64,000 bases of DNA from Chthoniobacterales bacterium (GTDB lineage Bacteria; Verrucomicrobiota; Verrucomicrobiia; Chthoniobacterales; Chthoniobacteraceae). The stretch spans positions 160,001-224,000 of the forward strand of contig JBBQZX010000004.1 of assembly GCA_038207335.1 (NCBI GenBank), in the 5' to 3' direction. The notes beneath the pieces were generated by a model. It worked only from the letters and a program-made list of their open reading frames with translations. It was not told where the DNA came from and did no database searches. Every line of letters starts with the position of its first letter. The stretch's first letter is position 1. The translations under genes were made by a program, and so were the position numbers. Below are positions 1 to 9,716 of the stretch, piece after piece.

Positions 1-2321
1 ACACGATCCCTCGGAATGCGGAGATTTTCGAGCCCGGAGCGGAAGCCGAAATGCGTCGTGGTCACCGCCTCGATTTCGCCGCGAATCACGTCTCCATTCG
101 TACCGATCATCACATGCCGGGGCGGATCGTCTTTCCGGAAACGCGGCACCGTGAGGGCCTGCGTTTTCGTCTCGGGGGCGACTTCCGGGAGCCATGTGCG
201 GCCCGGCACGGACTGCGCGGTGAAGCTGCTGAGTGTCGCGGGCGACACCATGTTTCCCCAAAGGCTCGCGGGCTCAATGATGAGCCCCACGCCGAGGCGC
301 TTCGCCGGCGGGATGTTGTATTTTTGCAGCGGCACGTCGTTCACGTACACATCGATTTGCTTTTCCAAGATGCCGAGCCTGACAACGACGGGGCCTCCCA
401 CCGGAATCGCGACCTGCCGCTGATTCGCGAGCTGACCCTCGCTCGATTCGATGCCCGCATACACTCGGTTTCCCATGCACGAGATTATGAGATTCGTCGT
501 CTTCGCCGGATCGGTGCCCGCGCAGAAAAGCCGCAGTCGCACGCCAGAATAACCACTCGATTCGAGCGAAAACTTCACCTCGCTGCTCTGCAGCACTGAC
601 GGATGCCCGAGCGACGTGCCGGGATCCAGCCCGACCTTTTCGTCCGACTTCCGCAGCGTCGTCTCGGTACCCTTCAGCACGCGCCAACCCGCATCGCCGA
701 AGCCGTTGATATTCCCCTGCCCGCTCGCGCCAAACTGAATCGCATCGAGATTTTCCGACGGCAGTTTCGTTGCCTCGACGATGCCCGACTCAAACTCGAC
801 GCCCGTGCGATCCAGCGCGCGCAGCGTGCCCGGCAGCACATCGCCGGAGACCGTGTAGAAGAGCGCGGGAGCGCTCTGCGGCTTGGCATCCGGCGGAAAT
901 GCCCGCGTGATTTCGCTGACAGTTCCTTTCGCCGCCAGCGCGGGTTTTACCGCTCCTACCGCGAGCCAGCGCGGCGACGCATCGCCCGCGCCGGAGACAG
1001 TGCCGTGCAGCGTCGTCTGCTGCGCGACCATCGTGTCGAGCGCGGTGAGCGGCGTGTCCTCCGGCGCTGCGGGATGGACGAGCCAGCGCCGCAGCCCGCC
1101 GATGTCGAAATGAAGCGGGGCATCCGAAAAAGCGACGCGCAACTGTCCGGATCCGTTCGCGAGCGTCGGCATCTCGCCGAAAATCTCCGTCCCATCGTCG
1201 AACGAAATCGTGGCCTCGCGCTCACGCGGCGCGAGCGCGTCGGTTGAAAACACGATCGATTGCAAGTCGGCGAGTGTGGGCTGAGCCTCAGCGACCGGCG
1301 GATCGAGCACGACGCCGGACGCCGACGCTCGGATGACTTTCGCCTCAAAAGCACGCCCATCCGCGAGCGCTACGCGCGGTTTCGTCAGGTCGATTTTCGT
1401 CGGCCGCGCGCCATTCCACGGCTGCACGCGAAGCATCTCCAGCGCGAGGTCGCGACCGTTGTTTTGCAACCCAATCCCTATCATCGTGCCGCCACTTTCG
1501 ACCGCAAATTCCCAGTCCGCGAGCCACTCCCCTGCCTCGGTGAAGACCGAGCATTTCTTCGCGGGTCGATCCCAAAAAACGCGGAGGCCGATCTCCCGAT
1601 CCGCATCTGCGATCTTTCGCAGGCTCTTGAATTGCGCGCCCGCCGCGAGCACCAGTTCGTCGTCCCACGTCTCGATCCGCAGCCACTGATGTCCGTCACC
1701 GCTGAGCGCAATCTGAAACTCCGGGCGCAACGAGGATCGTACGCGAAACTCCACCGCCACGCGCTCCGGCAGTGCGGTTTCGAGCGCCGCACCGCCATTC
1801 CAAAACGGCAGCAAGAGCGCCCCCCCGGGACCGCTCGCGATCTTCGAGACAAGCGGCGAAAGGTTCGCGTTGTTCGCGGCCTTTTGATTCGGCATCGGGC
1901 TCCAGCCGACATTCCCCGTCGGCCCCGCGAAGACGAGATCGCCACCGCGCAGGCGTTGCAGCGAGAGCACTTCGGAGCGCTTCAACTTCGCATCGCCGTG
2001 GAGCGTGCTGCGGATCGCGATGACATTTTCATCGATCGAAACGAGGTCGCCGAAAAGGTAGCTGCCGTCGCGAAGCCTGAATGCAAAAGGGTCCGCGGTC
2101 CGCGATGCCTCGCGCGGCTGGTCGATCCGCCGCAGCGCATTCCAGCGCAGCACAAGCGGCTCCTCGAAAAGCGGCGTCATCCATGTCGCCGTCTCCGCGG
2201 TCGCGGCAGTCAACTTTCCGGGAATGCTCTCGCCATTGCGCCAGCTGAGCGTCGCTGTCGTGGGCTCGGCTCGCGCGATCGCGACGACGACAAGAATAAA
2301 AACCAGAAGCCACTTTTTCAT
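1..2321 (-). CDS. Large secreted hypothetical protein, truncated by the window edge (>770 aa); last visible gene of the VWA/prenyltransferase-repeat cluster
   Basis: Not in the ORF track because it has no stop in the window. ATG at 2321 overlaps the upstream stop (ATGA). It reads MKKWLLVFILVVVAIARAEP (signal peptide) and stays open to ...ENLRIPRDR at the edge, with recurring 'NGESIPG/SGDVLPG/NGDVIRG' beta motifs. Confidence 0.8.
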   Translation of the reverse strand, partial: MKKWLLVFILVVVAIARAEPTTATLSWRNGESIPGKLTAATAETATWMTPLFEEPLVLRWNALRRIDQPREASRTADPFAFRLRDGSYLFGDLVSIDENVIAIRSTLHGDAKLKRSEVLSLQRLRGGDLVFAGPTGNVGWSPMPNQKAANNANLSPLVSKIASGPGGALLLPFWNGGAALETALPERVAVEFRVRSSLRPEFQIALSGDGHQWLRIETWDDELVLAAGAQFKSLRKIADADREIGLRVFWDRPAKKCSVFTEAGEWLADWEFAVESGGTMIGIGLQNNGRDLALEMLRVQPWNGARPTKIDLTKPRVALADGRAFEAKVIRASASGVVLDPPVAEAQPTLADLQSIVFSTDALAPREREATISFDDGTEIFGEMPTLANGSGQLRVAFSDAPLHFDIGGLRRWLVHPAAPEDTPLTALDTMVAQQTTLHGTVSGAGDASPRWLAVGAVKPALAAKGTVSEITRAFPPDAKPQSAPALFYTVSGDVLPGTLRALDRTGVEFESGIVEATKLPSENLDAIQFGASGQGNINGFGDAGWRVLKGTETTLRKSDEKVGLDPGTSLGHPSVLQSSEVKFSLESSGYSGVRLRLFCAGTDPAKTTNLIISCMGNRVYAGIESSEGQLANQRQVAIPVGGPVVVRLGILEKQIDVYVNDVPLQKYNIPPAKRLGVGLIIEPASLWGNMVSPATLSSFTAQSVPGRTWLPEVAPETKTQALTVPRFRKDDPPRHVMIGTNGDVIRGEIEAVTTTHFGFRSGLENLRIPRDR

Positions 2322-3352
2322 CGCTCGTAAATCGGGAGGAATCGAAAATTCAGCGCCAGACCGAGCAGCGACATTCCGGTGCCGTATGCGCCGCTGCCGA
2401 TCGCGCCATTGTCGCTCTGCATGTCGTGGAGTTCGCGGACCTTCGCGGCGTTCCACTTTTGCCAAGCCTCGTAATCGCCCTGGAAAAGCGCCTGCGCCAT
2501 GTAGTAGCGGAAATATTCCGCGTAAGTGCCGGCCTCGCGATGCTCAAGATTGTCGAGCAGCCGCTTGAGCGCGGCTTGGTATTGCTCGGATTCTTTCGTC
2601 TTCGAGACCGCGCCGACGAGCGCGGAAATCGCCGTGAGATTCATCGATCCACCCATGCTGCCGAAGCCGCCGGAATACGCCACCGAGCCGTCGCGGCCCG
2701 TGCTGCGGCGCATGTATTCGAGCGCGCCGTTCACGCTCTCGTCCGGCACGTCCATGCCGGCGTTGCGCGCGGCGAGCAGTCCCATCAGCACCGCGCCCGT
2801 CACCGACGTGTCGGCATCCGTCGCATCGGGCGAATAACGCCAGCCGTTCCAGCGATTTTTTTTCTGCGCAGTCACCGCGGCGCGAATGGCCAGCTCGAGC
2901 GTCTGCGCGATGCTGCGCTTCGGCTGCACGCCGCCCCAGAGCCGCGACTCGTCGATCACCCCGTATGCCTCGGACAGCGCGAGCATCGCAAATCCGTGGT
3001 GATACATGCTGTTCGGCAGGTAGCCCGACGAGTCGTCCTGCTGCGATATGATCGAGCGCAACGCGCGGCGGATCGTCTCCGCGTATCGTCCGAAATTCGG
3101 GTCTTCCCCACTCGCGAGGAACGCCATCACGCAAATCCCATCGACGCCCGCACCCTCGTTTCCCCCGCCCTTCCAGCCGCCATCTGCGGTCTGCGCGCCC
3201 GCCAACCACGCCAGCCCACGCTCGTAAATTGTCTCAACCTCTGGTGGAATCTGTCCGCCGAATCGAAGGCTCGGATCCTGTGCGTGTGCACTTTCGAGCA
3301 TGAAAAGCAACGCGATCGCCGCGCTCAGAGACGTCCTGAAAATCGCGCTCAT
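2318..3352 (-). CDS. Prenyltransferase/squalene-oxidase-repeat (alpha6-barrel) protein with signal peptide
   Basis: QW-like repeats (AQTADGGW, AQKKNRWNGWRY, MQSDNG), MYHHG and DTSVT motifs; no DxDD cyclase motif. Start moved to MSAIFR (ATGA overlap with the upstream stop). Confidence 0.85.
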   Translation of the reverse strand: MSAIFRTSLSAAIALLFMLESAHAQDPSLRFGGQIPPEVETIYERGLAWLAGAQTADGGWKGGGNEGAGVDGICVMAFLASGEDPNFGRYAETIRRALRSIISQQDDSSGYLPNSMYHHGFAMLALSEAYGVIDESRLWGGVQPKRSIAQTLELAIRAAVTAQKKNRWNGWRYSPDATDADTSVTGAVLMGLLAARNAGMDVPDESVNGALEYMRRSTGRDGSVAYSGGFGSMGGSMNLTAISALVGAVSKTKESEQYQAALKRLLDNLEHREAGTYAEYFRYYMAQALFQGDYEAWQKWNAAKVRELHDMQSDNGAIGSGAYGTGMSLLGLALNFRFLPIYER

Positions 3353-5358
3353 TTGTTGTTCACGTTCACGCGAGACTTGTGGAGCTGCTGGATGTTTTCC
3401 CAGTAGTTCTGACTGTTCGAGTTCTCGCTGCTCGCTCTCCAGCGCTCCCATTTCTCCTTGCCGAGCAGAGGCTTCAAATCCTTCTCCGGCACGCCAGCAA
3501 ACGGAAGAAACATGCTGTAGCTCTGAAAATACCACGGCGCGCCGCGCGAGCCCGCGAACATCCGCTCGATGTCCGTCGAATAGTCGCGCACCACGGCAGC
3601 CACGAGCGGCTCGAGCTTCGCGCGTTGCTCCGGCGTGAGGCTGAATTTGCGGTCGAACTCACCGATCAAAAGCGCGTCGACCGTGTGCTCCTGAAACGCC
3701 GCGCGCGCCGCCACTTCCTTTCCCCACGATGCGGTCTGCGCTTCATCGAGCGCGGCTTTTGCCGTCTCGCGCCACACGGGCGCAGACTCCGGCTCCGTCA
3801 CGCCGGCTCGGCCAAATTGATAATCTTCGAGCCCCGCGAGCCGTTGCTTCACATTCTGCGCCGTCGCCCCTTGCACCAGCGAGCGCGCGCTCAATTCGGC
3901 ATTCGCGCGCCATTGCTGAATCGCACCCTCCGCTGCGCCGCGCGCAGCCGTCTGTAGCCTCGCGGCGGCTTCCGGCGGGAGCTTGCCCACCCGCACCGCA
4001 TCCTCGGCTTCCAGCAGCATCGTCGCGAGAACAGGCTTTCGCGCGGCAACCGTTTTCGCGTGAAGAAAATCAGAGAGCGCGTTCTCGAAATCCTCCGGCT
4101 CGGGCGGACGCGCGGGCTGTTTCGTATCCTCGGGCTTTTGCTTCTTCCGCGGAGATTCGTCCTCCTCCTCGGCGATCTCGGCACCAGCCGCTTCCTTCCA
4201 ATGCTGGCATTGCAGCGGGTCCAAAATCTTCCCTAGCTCCTCCGGCGTTGCCTTCGCACCCGCGGCGAAAAGCGACTGCACCCCGATGTCACGTTCATCG
4301 TCCGACGACTCCTCCGGAACGAGATTTTCGTCCTCCTTCACCAGTCTCTCCGCGATCGGGAGCAACTGCTCGCGCTGCGCCGCAGTAAACGCCACTTTCG
4401 CATCGAACTGCGCGATCAACAGCCGCCCCATCATCGCCGCGCGAAGCTTCCGCTTCTCTGCTCGCGCGGCCTTCAGCATCGCCAGTTCTTCGCGCGTCAG
4501 AACCATCGCCAAACCCTCCTGCCATCCCATTTGTGGGTCGATCGACTCACCGCCATTCATCGGGAAAAAATTCCCCTGCCTCATCCGAGCATTCCTCTGG
4601 GCAGGATCTGTCAGCAGTAAAGACTTCATCGCATTTTCGCCCCAAGTCTCCGCATTTTTTTTTGCGAGGCTTTTCGCCAGTTCATCGACCGCCGCGCTCC
4701 GCTCCTTCGTCAGGTCGAGCGCCAGTTTCGCGTCGTCCGCCTTACCCATCAGCGTGATTTGCGCCTGCTCGCGCATCGTCTCAATGAGCGGCTTCAGGTA
4801 TTCGGTGATCTGCTTTTTCAAGTCATGATCGCGCTCCTCCAGCGCCTTCGCCCACTGCGCGTTTTGCTCCGGCGAAAGCGCGCCTTTCAGCGCCTCCGTC
4901 CACGCCGACTGCTCCACTGGACGCACGTATTTTGGTACGATCTCCTGGTCTTTGTAAAAGCTCAGTTGCACGAGCACTTGGTCGAGCATCGTAGCCATCT
5001 CCGCAGTGCCTTGATTACCCGGATTCTGGCGGAACATCTCGGCCAGTTTTTCCGTCCATTCCGCTAGGCTGTGATCGACCGCCTCCTTTGCCGCCGCCTC
5101 AAGCGCCGCGCTCCCCTCCGCACCGAGCCCGGTCGCTTTCACGACATCGCCAATCTCCTTTTTTAGCTGCCCCGCAAAAACCTCCCGCTTCCCCTCCGAT
5201 ATCTTTGCGACGACCTCGCTCAGCTTCTTCTCGATCTCGGGAGGAAAGTTGGACTTCGCTTTTTGCTCCGGCGTTTTTTCTTTTCCTGAGTCCTCGGCGA
5301 CTCCCGCGAACGGTAGCGAAATCGCAAAAATCGCGGCGAGACCGCGCTTCCCTTTCAT
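3349..5358 (-). CDS. Exported alpha-helical hypothetical protein with repeated L[S/T]xEQ motifs
   Basis: 669-aa ORF with N-terminal signal peptide, translationally coupled on both sides; motifs LSPEQ, FTAAQ, LTPEQ. Confidence 0.75.
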   Translation of the reverse strand: MKGKRGLAAIFAISLPFAGVAEDSGKEKTPEQKAKSNFPPEIEKKLSEVVAKISEGKREVFAGQLKKEIGDVVKATGLGAEGSAALEAAAKEAVDHSLAEWTEKLAEMFRQNPGNQGTAEMATMLDQVLVQLSFYKDQEIVPKYVRPVEQSAWTEALKGALSPEQNAQWAKALEERDHDLKKQITEYLKPLIETMREQAQITLMGKADDAKLALDLTKERSAAVDELAKSLAKKNAETWGENAMKSLLLTDPAQRNARMRQGNFFPMNGGESIDPQMGWQEGLAMVLTREELAMLKAARAEKRKLRAAMMGRLLIAQFDAKVAFTAAQREQLLPIAERLVKEDENLVPEESSDDERDIGVQSLFAAGAKATPEELGKILDPLQCQHWKEAAGAEIAEEEDESPRKKQKPEDTKQPARPPEPEDFENALSDFLHAKTVAARKPVLATMLLEAEDAVRVGKLPPEAAARLQTAARGAAEGAIQQWRANAELSARSLVQGATAQNVKQRLAGLEDYQFGRAGVTEPESAPVWRETAKAALDEAQTASWGKEVAARAAFQEHTVDALLIGEFDRKFSLTPEQRAKLEPLVAAVVRDYSTDIERMFAGSRGAPWYFQSYSMFLPFAGVPEKDLKPLLGKEKWERWRASSENSNSQNYWENIQQLHKSRVNVNNK

Positions 5359-8300
5359 CGGCTCGCTGCCTGCTCTTCGAGCAGGTTGAAATACGCGTCG
5401 AGCCCCGGCTTGAACTCATCCGGGAACTCCTTCCCCGCGCGCCCGGTAGCCTGCCCGACCGCTCGCGCAGCCACCATGCTGTCGGCATCCGAGCCAGGGC
5501 CGAGGTCTGCGAGCGCCGCCGATGAAGCCGTCGCCGCGCGCCCTCCGCCACCGGCATTCGATCCGCCGCCACCGCCGCCATTCGGGCTGTTGCGCTTTGC
5601 TTGGAGCAAAAGCTCGATAGCCTCGGTTTCCGCGGCGATCGCCGTCGAGCCCGTCTCTGGCGTGCTCAGAATCCCATTCGCTTCGTTCATCACGACAACC
5701 ACGGCATTCAGCAGTTTCAGCTCTTTGCCAAACTTCGATGCCCCCTCAGGCAGCGCGATGATATCGCCGATCGCGCTTGCCGTGTGACGTCCGATCGACT
5801 CCTGCTTCTTCGCCGCGACGTTCGCGTCTTCGCCGAATTTCTCCGGCGTCACCGCGGGCTTCGCGTTCTCAATTTCTCGCGTCTCGTCGCGCAGCTTCAT
5901 CTCGTCGCGCAGCGCCTGCATCACCTTCAAAACGATCTCCGGCGGCAGGCTGTCGCCGCTGCAGCTCGAGCACGATTTGCAGTTGCTCGCCGCGACCATT
6001 TCTTCCGCCCATCGGTCGAGCGTGTCCGCCCAAAATTCCGACCCGATCATCGACTGACCGCTCAAATTGATCGCCACTTTCTCGCCGCCCGTCGCGAGCG
6101 CGCGGACAATTTCATCTTTCTTCATTTCCTCCAAAATCGCCTTCAACCGGCTATCCTGCTTGCGCTGAAAATAAGCGTCCAGATCGCTCTGGATCAGCCG
6201 CACGACTTCACTCTGCGTTTTTGCGTTTTTCGCGATCGGCTCAGCAGCCTTCACCGCTTCGCGCTCGATTCCGAACGCGTCGAGCGTCTTCTGGTTGATG
6301 TTCGTCGCGATGCTCATCTGCTGCCTCGACGCCGCCTTGAAGCGCTTTACGAACGTGCTCGCCTCGAGGCTAGCGAGGATTTCGCCGAGCTGATCCGAGA
6401 CTTTCGCAAACTCCGCGAGCAGGTCTTTTTGCTCCGTGATCGCCGTGTCGAGTTTCTGCTGTGCGGGCGTCTCTGGCGGCTTCACGTCGTCGTCCTTCTT
6501 TTGATTCGGCGCAGCCGCGAGCATCGTATTTGGCAGGCGCAACTTTCCGCCACCCGGCGGTTTGGGCGCAGCATTTGGGTCCGCGGGCTTCGGCTCCGGC
6601 GGCTTTGAAAATCCCGCCTCACGGTCCGCGATGCTAGGCGCAGCGGGCTTCGGCGGCGCATTGGGGTCGATCGCCGGAGCCGGCGCGGGCGCGCTCTGAG
6701 GTTGCTCGCCATGCGCCACGCTGGGCGCGCTTTTCGCCCCGCCGGGCTTCGATGGCGCTCCCGGTTTTCCGCTCTGCTGCGGCTGCTGCGAGCCCGCTGG
6801 CGGCGCTTCGCCGGGCTTCGCGCCCGCCGCGCTCGCGGTCTGTTTCAGCAAGTCTGCGACGCTCGGCATCCGGTTCGCCGCGATGTCCTTGAGCGACTTC
6901 AGCATCGTCGCCCACGACTCCAGCCGCTTCGCGTCGAACTCGTCGTTCTTCGTCGCCTGCTCCACGAGATTCCGTCCCGATTGCGTGAGGCTGTCCACGC
7001 GCGCAGCGTTCGCATTTTCCGCCGACGCCTGCTGCGACACCCGCCGTCGATTTTCCGGGCGATCCAAATCCGCTGCGTCGAGGCCGCGCAATTCCTTGTT
7101 CGTCTGGTGAAGTTGCTGCTCCCGCTCGTAGCTCTCCTTCGCGACTTCGAGCCATTTTCCAAATTGCTCCGTGAGCCACAGCGCGTGATCCGTCTTGTCC
7201 AGAACATGCAGCACAAACGACGCGGAATGCGCCCGCTGACGGCCTGGCAAATAGTCATCCGTCCAGCCTCGCATCTCGATCGTCTGCGGCGCGACCCCAT
7301 CCCGCGTAGCGCAAAAAGTCGCGCGCACCGCGAGTTCTTTCTTCTCCGGCTCGCCGCCCGCCACGATCTTGTCGCCCGTGATCGGCGTCTTCCCATCCGC
7401 ACCCGTCTGCGAGCCGACCCACTCGAGCCCGACCCGCTTCACGCCGAAATCATCGCTCGCCGCGAGATCGAAACTGACGACCTCCGAATCGAGCACGACC
7501 TGCTCCTGCGTCTCGCGCCGCGCGAGAATCCGCGGCGCATCATCTTCCACCGCGCGCACTTTCAAAACCAGCGGATCGCGTGGCGTGAGCCCGTCCCGAT
7601 CGCGCCATGTGAACTTCCTCTCCGCATCCCCCGCCACCGCCGAAAAGCCCGTCGCGATCACGTCCCCCGTCACTTTTTGCGCCTGCCCGTCCAGCTCCGC
7701 CGCCGCCAGTTCGCGGCTCGCGCGCGCCGTGAACGCCGCCTCCGCGCCTTTCAAAATGCTGACCGATCCGCCGCGAACATCCATCCGTTGCGCAGACGTG
7801 TAGCCGAGATATTCCGGCAGCCGCAACCGCACCGCGAGGTCGATCAGCTCAGGTCGCGGGCGCGGCTGCACCTCGATCGACTTCCGCACATCGCCGAGCG
7901 ACACGGCCATCGCCGCGTCCTTTTTCTGCGGCGGAAACGCGAGTGGATAAACGCCCGCGTCGAGCTTCGCCGTCACCGCCGACTGCCCGGCGATCCTGCC
8001 TGTGCCTTGATCCGGCGTCCGCTGCGTATCCGCGCGCAGCCGCACCGGCAGCGTGAAAGGCTCCGCGTACGGCACGACCAACCGCGGTGGAAGCGGCTCC
8101 ACTTTCGCAAAAGTAAATCGCTCGACGTGCCGCCACGGCATGAGCCAGCGCGAGAGCGCATTCGCCGCTGCCGCGTTCACAAGAAAAAACGCGACGACCG
8201 CCACGGCGAGTGCGCCGCCAGCCGCCCACGCCCATTCGCGATGCCGCGCATCCGGCACCGCATTCGTGAAATCCCGATCCTTCACCGCATCCGCCGCCTG

Positions 8301-8690
8301 CGCCATCGCCGCCTCCACGAGCCGCTCGCTGCGCCCCGCCGCGCCGTGATCCATCCGCGCCAGCTCCACGATGCCGAGCAACTGATCGCCGAGCCGCGGG
8401 AACGTCTGCCGCAGGAGCCGCGCCGCATCTTCGAGCCGCCGCTGACGCCACACCCAGCGGTGCCACTTCAGCGGCAAACCAAGTCCCAGAGCCGCTCCGC
8501 CGCCGATGAGCAGCGCGAGCCGGAGCGCCGCCGGAGTTTCAAAAAACCGATCAAGCGCGAAAACGAACAGGTAAGAAATCGCGATACCAAAGAGCGCCGC
8601 CAGCGCGCCCTCGACGAGCTTCACAACCCACACACGTCGCCGAAATTCGGCGAGCTTCGATTCGAGAACCGGCGGGAGTGTGGTGTTCAT
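5355..8690 (-). CDS. Large membrane-anchored coiled-coil protein (DUF4175-like)
   Basis: 1111 aa; three N-terminal TM segments, Ig-like mid region (DDFGV), Pro/Ala linker, coiled coils, a CKSCSSC motif and a C-terminal 'P..FKPGLDAYF' motif typical of this family. Confidence 0.75.
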   Translation of the reverse strand: MNTTLPPVLESKLAEFRRRVWVVKLVEGALAALFGIAISYLFVFALDRFFETPAALRLALLIGGGAALGLGLPLKWHRWVWRQRRLEDAARLLRQTFPRLGDQLLGIVELARMDHGAAGRSERLVEAAMAQAADAVKDRDFTNAVPDARHREWAWAAGGALAVAVVAFFLVNAAAANALSRWLMPWRHVERFTFAKVEPLPPRLVVPYAEPFTLPVRLRADTQRTPDQGTGRIAGQSAVTAKLDAGVYPLAFPPQKKDAAMAVSLGDVRKSIEVQPRPRPELIDLAVRLRLPEYLGYTSAQRMDVRGGSVSILKGAEAAFTARASRELAAAELDGQAQKVTGDVIATGFSAVAGDAERKFTWRDRDGLTPRDPLVLKVRAVEDDAPRILARRETQEQVVLDSEVVSFDLAASDDFGVKRVGLEWVGSQTGADGKTPITGDKIVAGGEPEKKELAVRATFCATRDGVAPQTIEMRGWTDDYLPGRQRAHSASFVLHVLDKTDHALWLTEQFGKWLEVAKESYEREQQLHQTNKELRGLDAADLDRPENRRRVSQQASAENANAARVDSLTQSGRNLVEQATKNDEFDAKRLESWATMLKSLKDIAANRMPSVADLLKQTASAAGAKPGEAPPAGSQQPQQSGKPGAPSKPGGAKSAPSVAHGEQPQSAPAPAPAIDPNAPPKPAAPSIADREAGFSKPPEPKPADPNAAPKPPGGGKLRLPNTMLAAAPNQKKDDDVKPPETPAQQKLDTAITEQKDLLAEFAKVSDQLGEILASLEASTFVKRFKAASRQQMSIATNINQKTLDAFGIEREAVKAAEPIAKNAKTQSEVVRLIQSDLDAYFQRKQDSRLKAILEEMKKDEIVRALATGGEKVAINLSGQSMIGSEFWADTLDRWAEEMVAASNCKSCSSCSGDSLPPEIVLKVMQALRDEMKLRDETREIENAKPAVTPEKFGEDANVAAKKQESIGRHTASAIGDIIALPEGASKFGKELKLLNAVVVVMNEANGILSTPETGSTAIAAETEAIELLLQAKRNSPNGGGGGGSNAGGGGRAATASSAALADLGPGSDADSMVAARAVGQATGRAGKEFPDEFKPGLDAYFNLLEEQAASR

Positions 8691-8754
8691 GGCGTGGCGG
8701 GTTATTTAGCAAATATCCTGATCCGAACTGCGACGACTGGGGAAGATGGCGCAT

Positions 8755-8818
8755 TTAGAACATTCCCGCAGCTTTTCTTCCGAGCTAAAAAAAGCCCAGC
8801 AACAACACCAGCCCGACC
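8755..8818 (-). repeat. Degenerate copy of the last 64 bp of the VWA gene (9717-9780)
   Basis: 54/64 identical by manual alignment; encodes GLVLLLGFF*LGRKAAGMF* versus GLVLLLGVFWVGRKAAGAF*. Confidence 0.85.
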
Positions 8819-8961
8819 CTCGCTCACCACCTCGGGTTTCGGGTGCGCGGACTGCCCGACCACGATCCCGTTATGCAGGTGTCGCCGGATCTAGAAACCA
8901 GGATCCACCAAGCGCGATCAGTCGGTGCATCCGATCAAGCACCGGTGGCAACGTCCCTGAG

Positions 8962-9651
8962 TCAGTGCGGAAGCTGGGCGCGGATCGAGTCGGCGACCTT
9001 TTCCGCGAGGGCCTTGTAGCCGGCGTCGGTAAAGTGGACGTTTTTCGGGCGCTGAATCGACGGATCCGCGACCACCACAGCGTGCAGGTCGTCGATCGCC
9101 ACGCCCTCGGATTTCATCACCCGCGCCGCGACTTCGTTGTATTTTTCCTCATCTTTCGCCACGCGTCCGCCGGACTCCACCGGGACCGGCGTGGTGCTGG
9201 CCCAAATGAGTTTTGCGCCAGTGGCTTTGAACCGCTTCACGAGGTCGCGCAGGTTTTTTTCGTACTCCTCCACGGGCGTCACCTGCGGGCCGGCGAGGTC
9301 GAGCTTGTTGTCCTTCCAATGTTTGAGGTCGTGCAGGCCCCAGTTGAAGTGAATGACATCCCATTTTCCCGCGCCGAGCCATGCGTCGAGCTTCGCGAGA
9401 CCGACTCCGGTGGCGCTGCCATTTTCGGGAATGCGGTGGACGTTCGCCTTCCCTTTGAGCAGCTCGCGAACGGGCAGCGTGTAGCCCATGGAAATGGAGT
9501 CGCCGATGAGCAGGACGCGCGGCAGACCAGGCACGTCGCTAATCGGCGTCAGCGACGGATCCCGCTTCTTCTCGCCGCCTTTCTCGACAGTCGGAGTCTG
9601 GGCAAAAAGCGCGAGCGGCAAGAGCAGGCTTAGGACGAGGGAGAACTTCAT
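8962..9651 (-). CDS. SGNH/GDSL hydrolase family protein, secreted
   Basis: LIGDSIS (block I), HFNWGLHD (block III), NVHF (block V); signal peptide. Confidence 0.9.
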   Translation of the reverse strand: MKFSLVLSLLLPLALFAQTPTVEKGGEKKRDPSLTPISDVPGLPRVLLIGDSISMGYTLPVRELLKGKANVHRIPENGSATGVGLAKLDAWLGAGKWDVIHFNWGLHDLKHWKDNKLDLAGPQVTPVEEYEKNLRDLVKRFKATGAKLIWASTTPVPVESGGRVAKDEEKYNEVAARVMKSEGVAIDDLHAVVVADPSIQRPKNVHFTDAGYKALAEKVADSIRAQLPH

Positions 9652-9716
9652 GCCGGATTGAACCTGCGGGGCTGCGATTTATTTGGCCACGGAAGGTGCG
9701 CCATGGTTCGCGCCGC

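Noticed and set aside
2318..3352. Squalene-hopene cyclase
   Set aside because: Single barrel of 344 aa, signal peptide, no DxDD motif and no hopanoid genes nearby.
6702..8894. 730-aa + strand ORF
   Set aside because: Arg-rich antisense shadow of the DUF4175-like gene.
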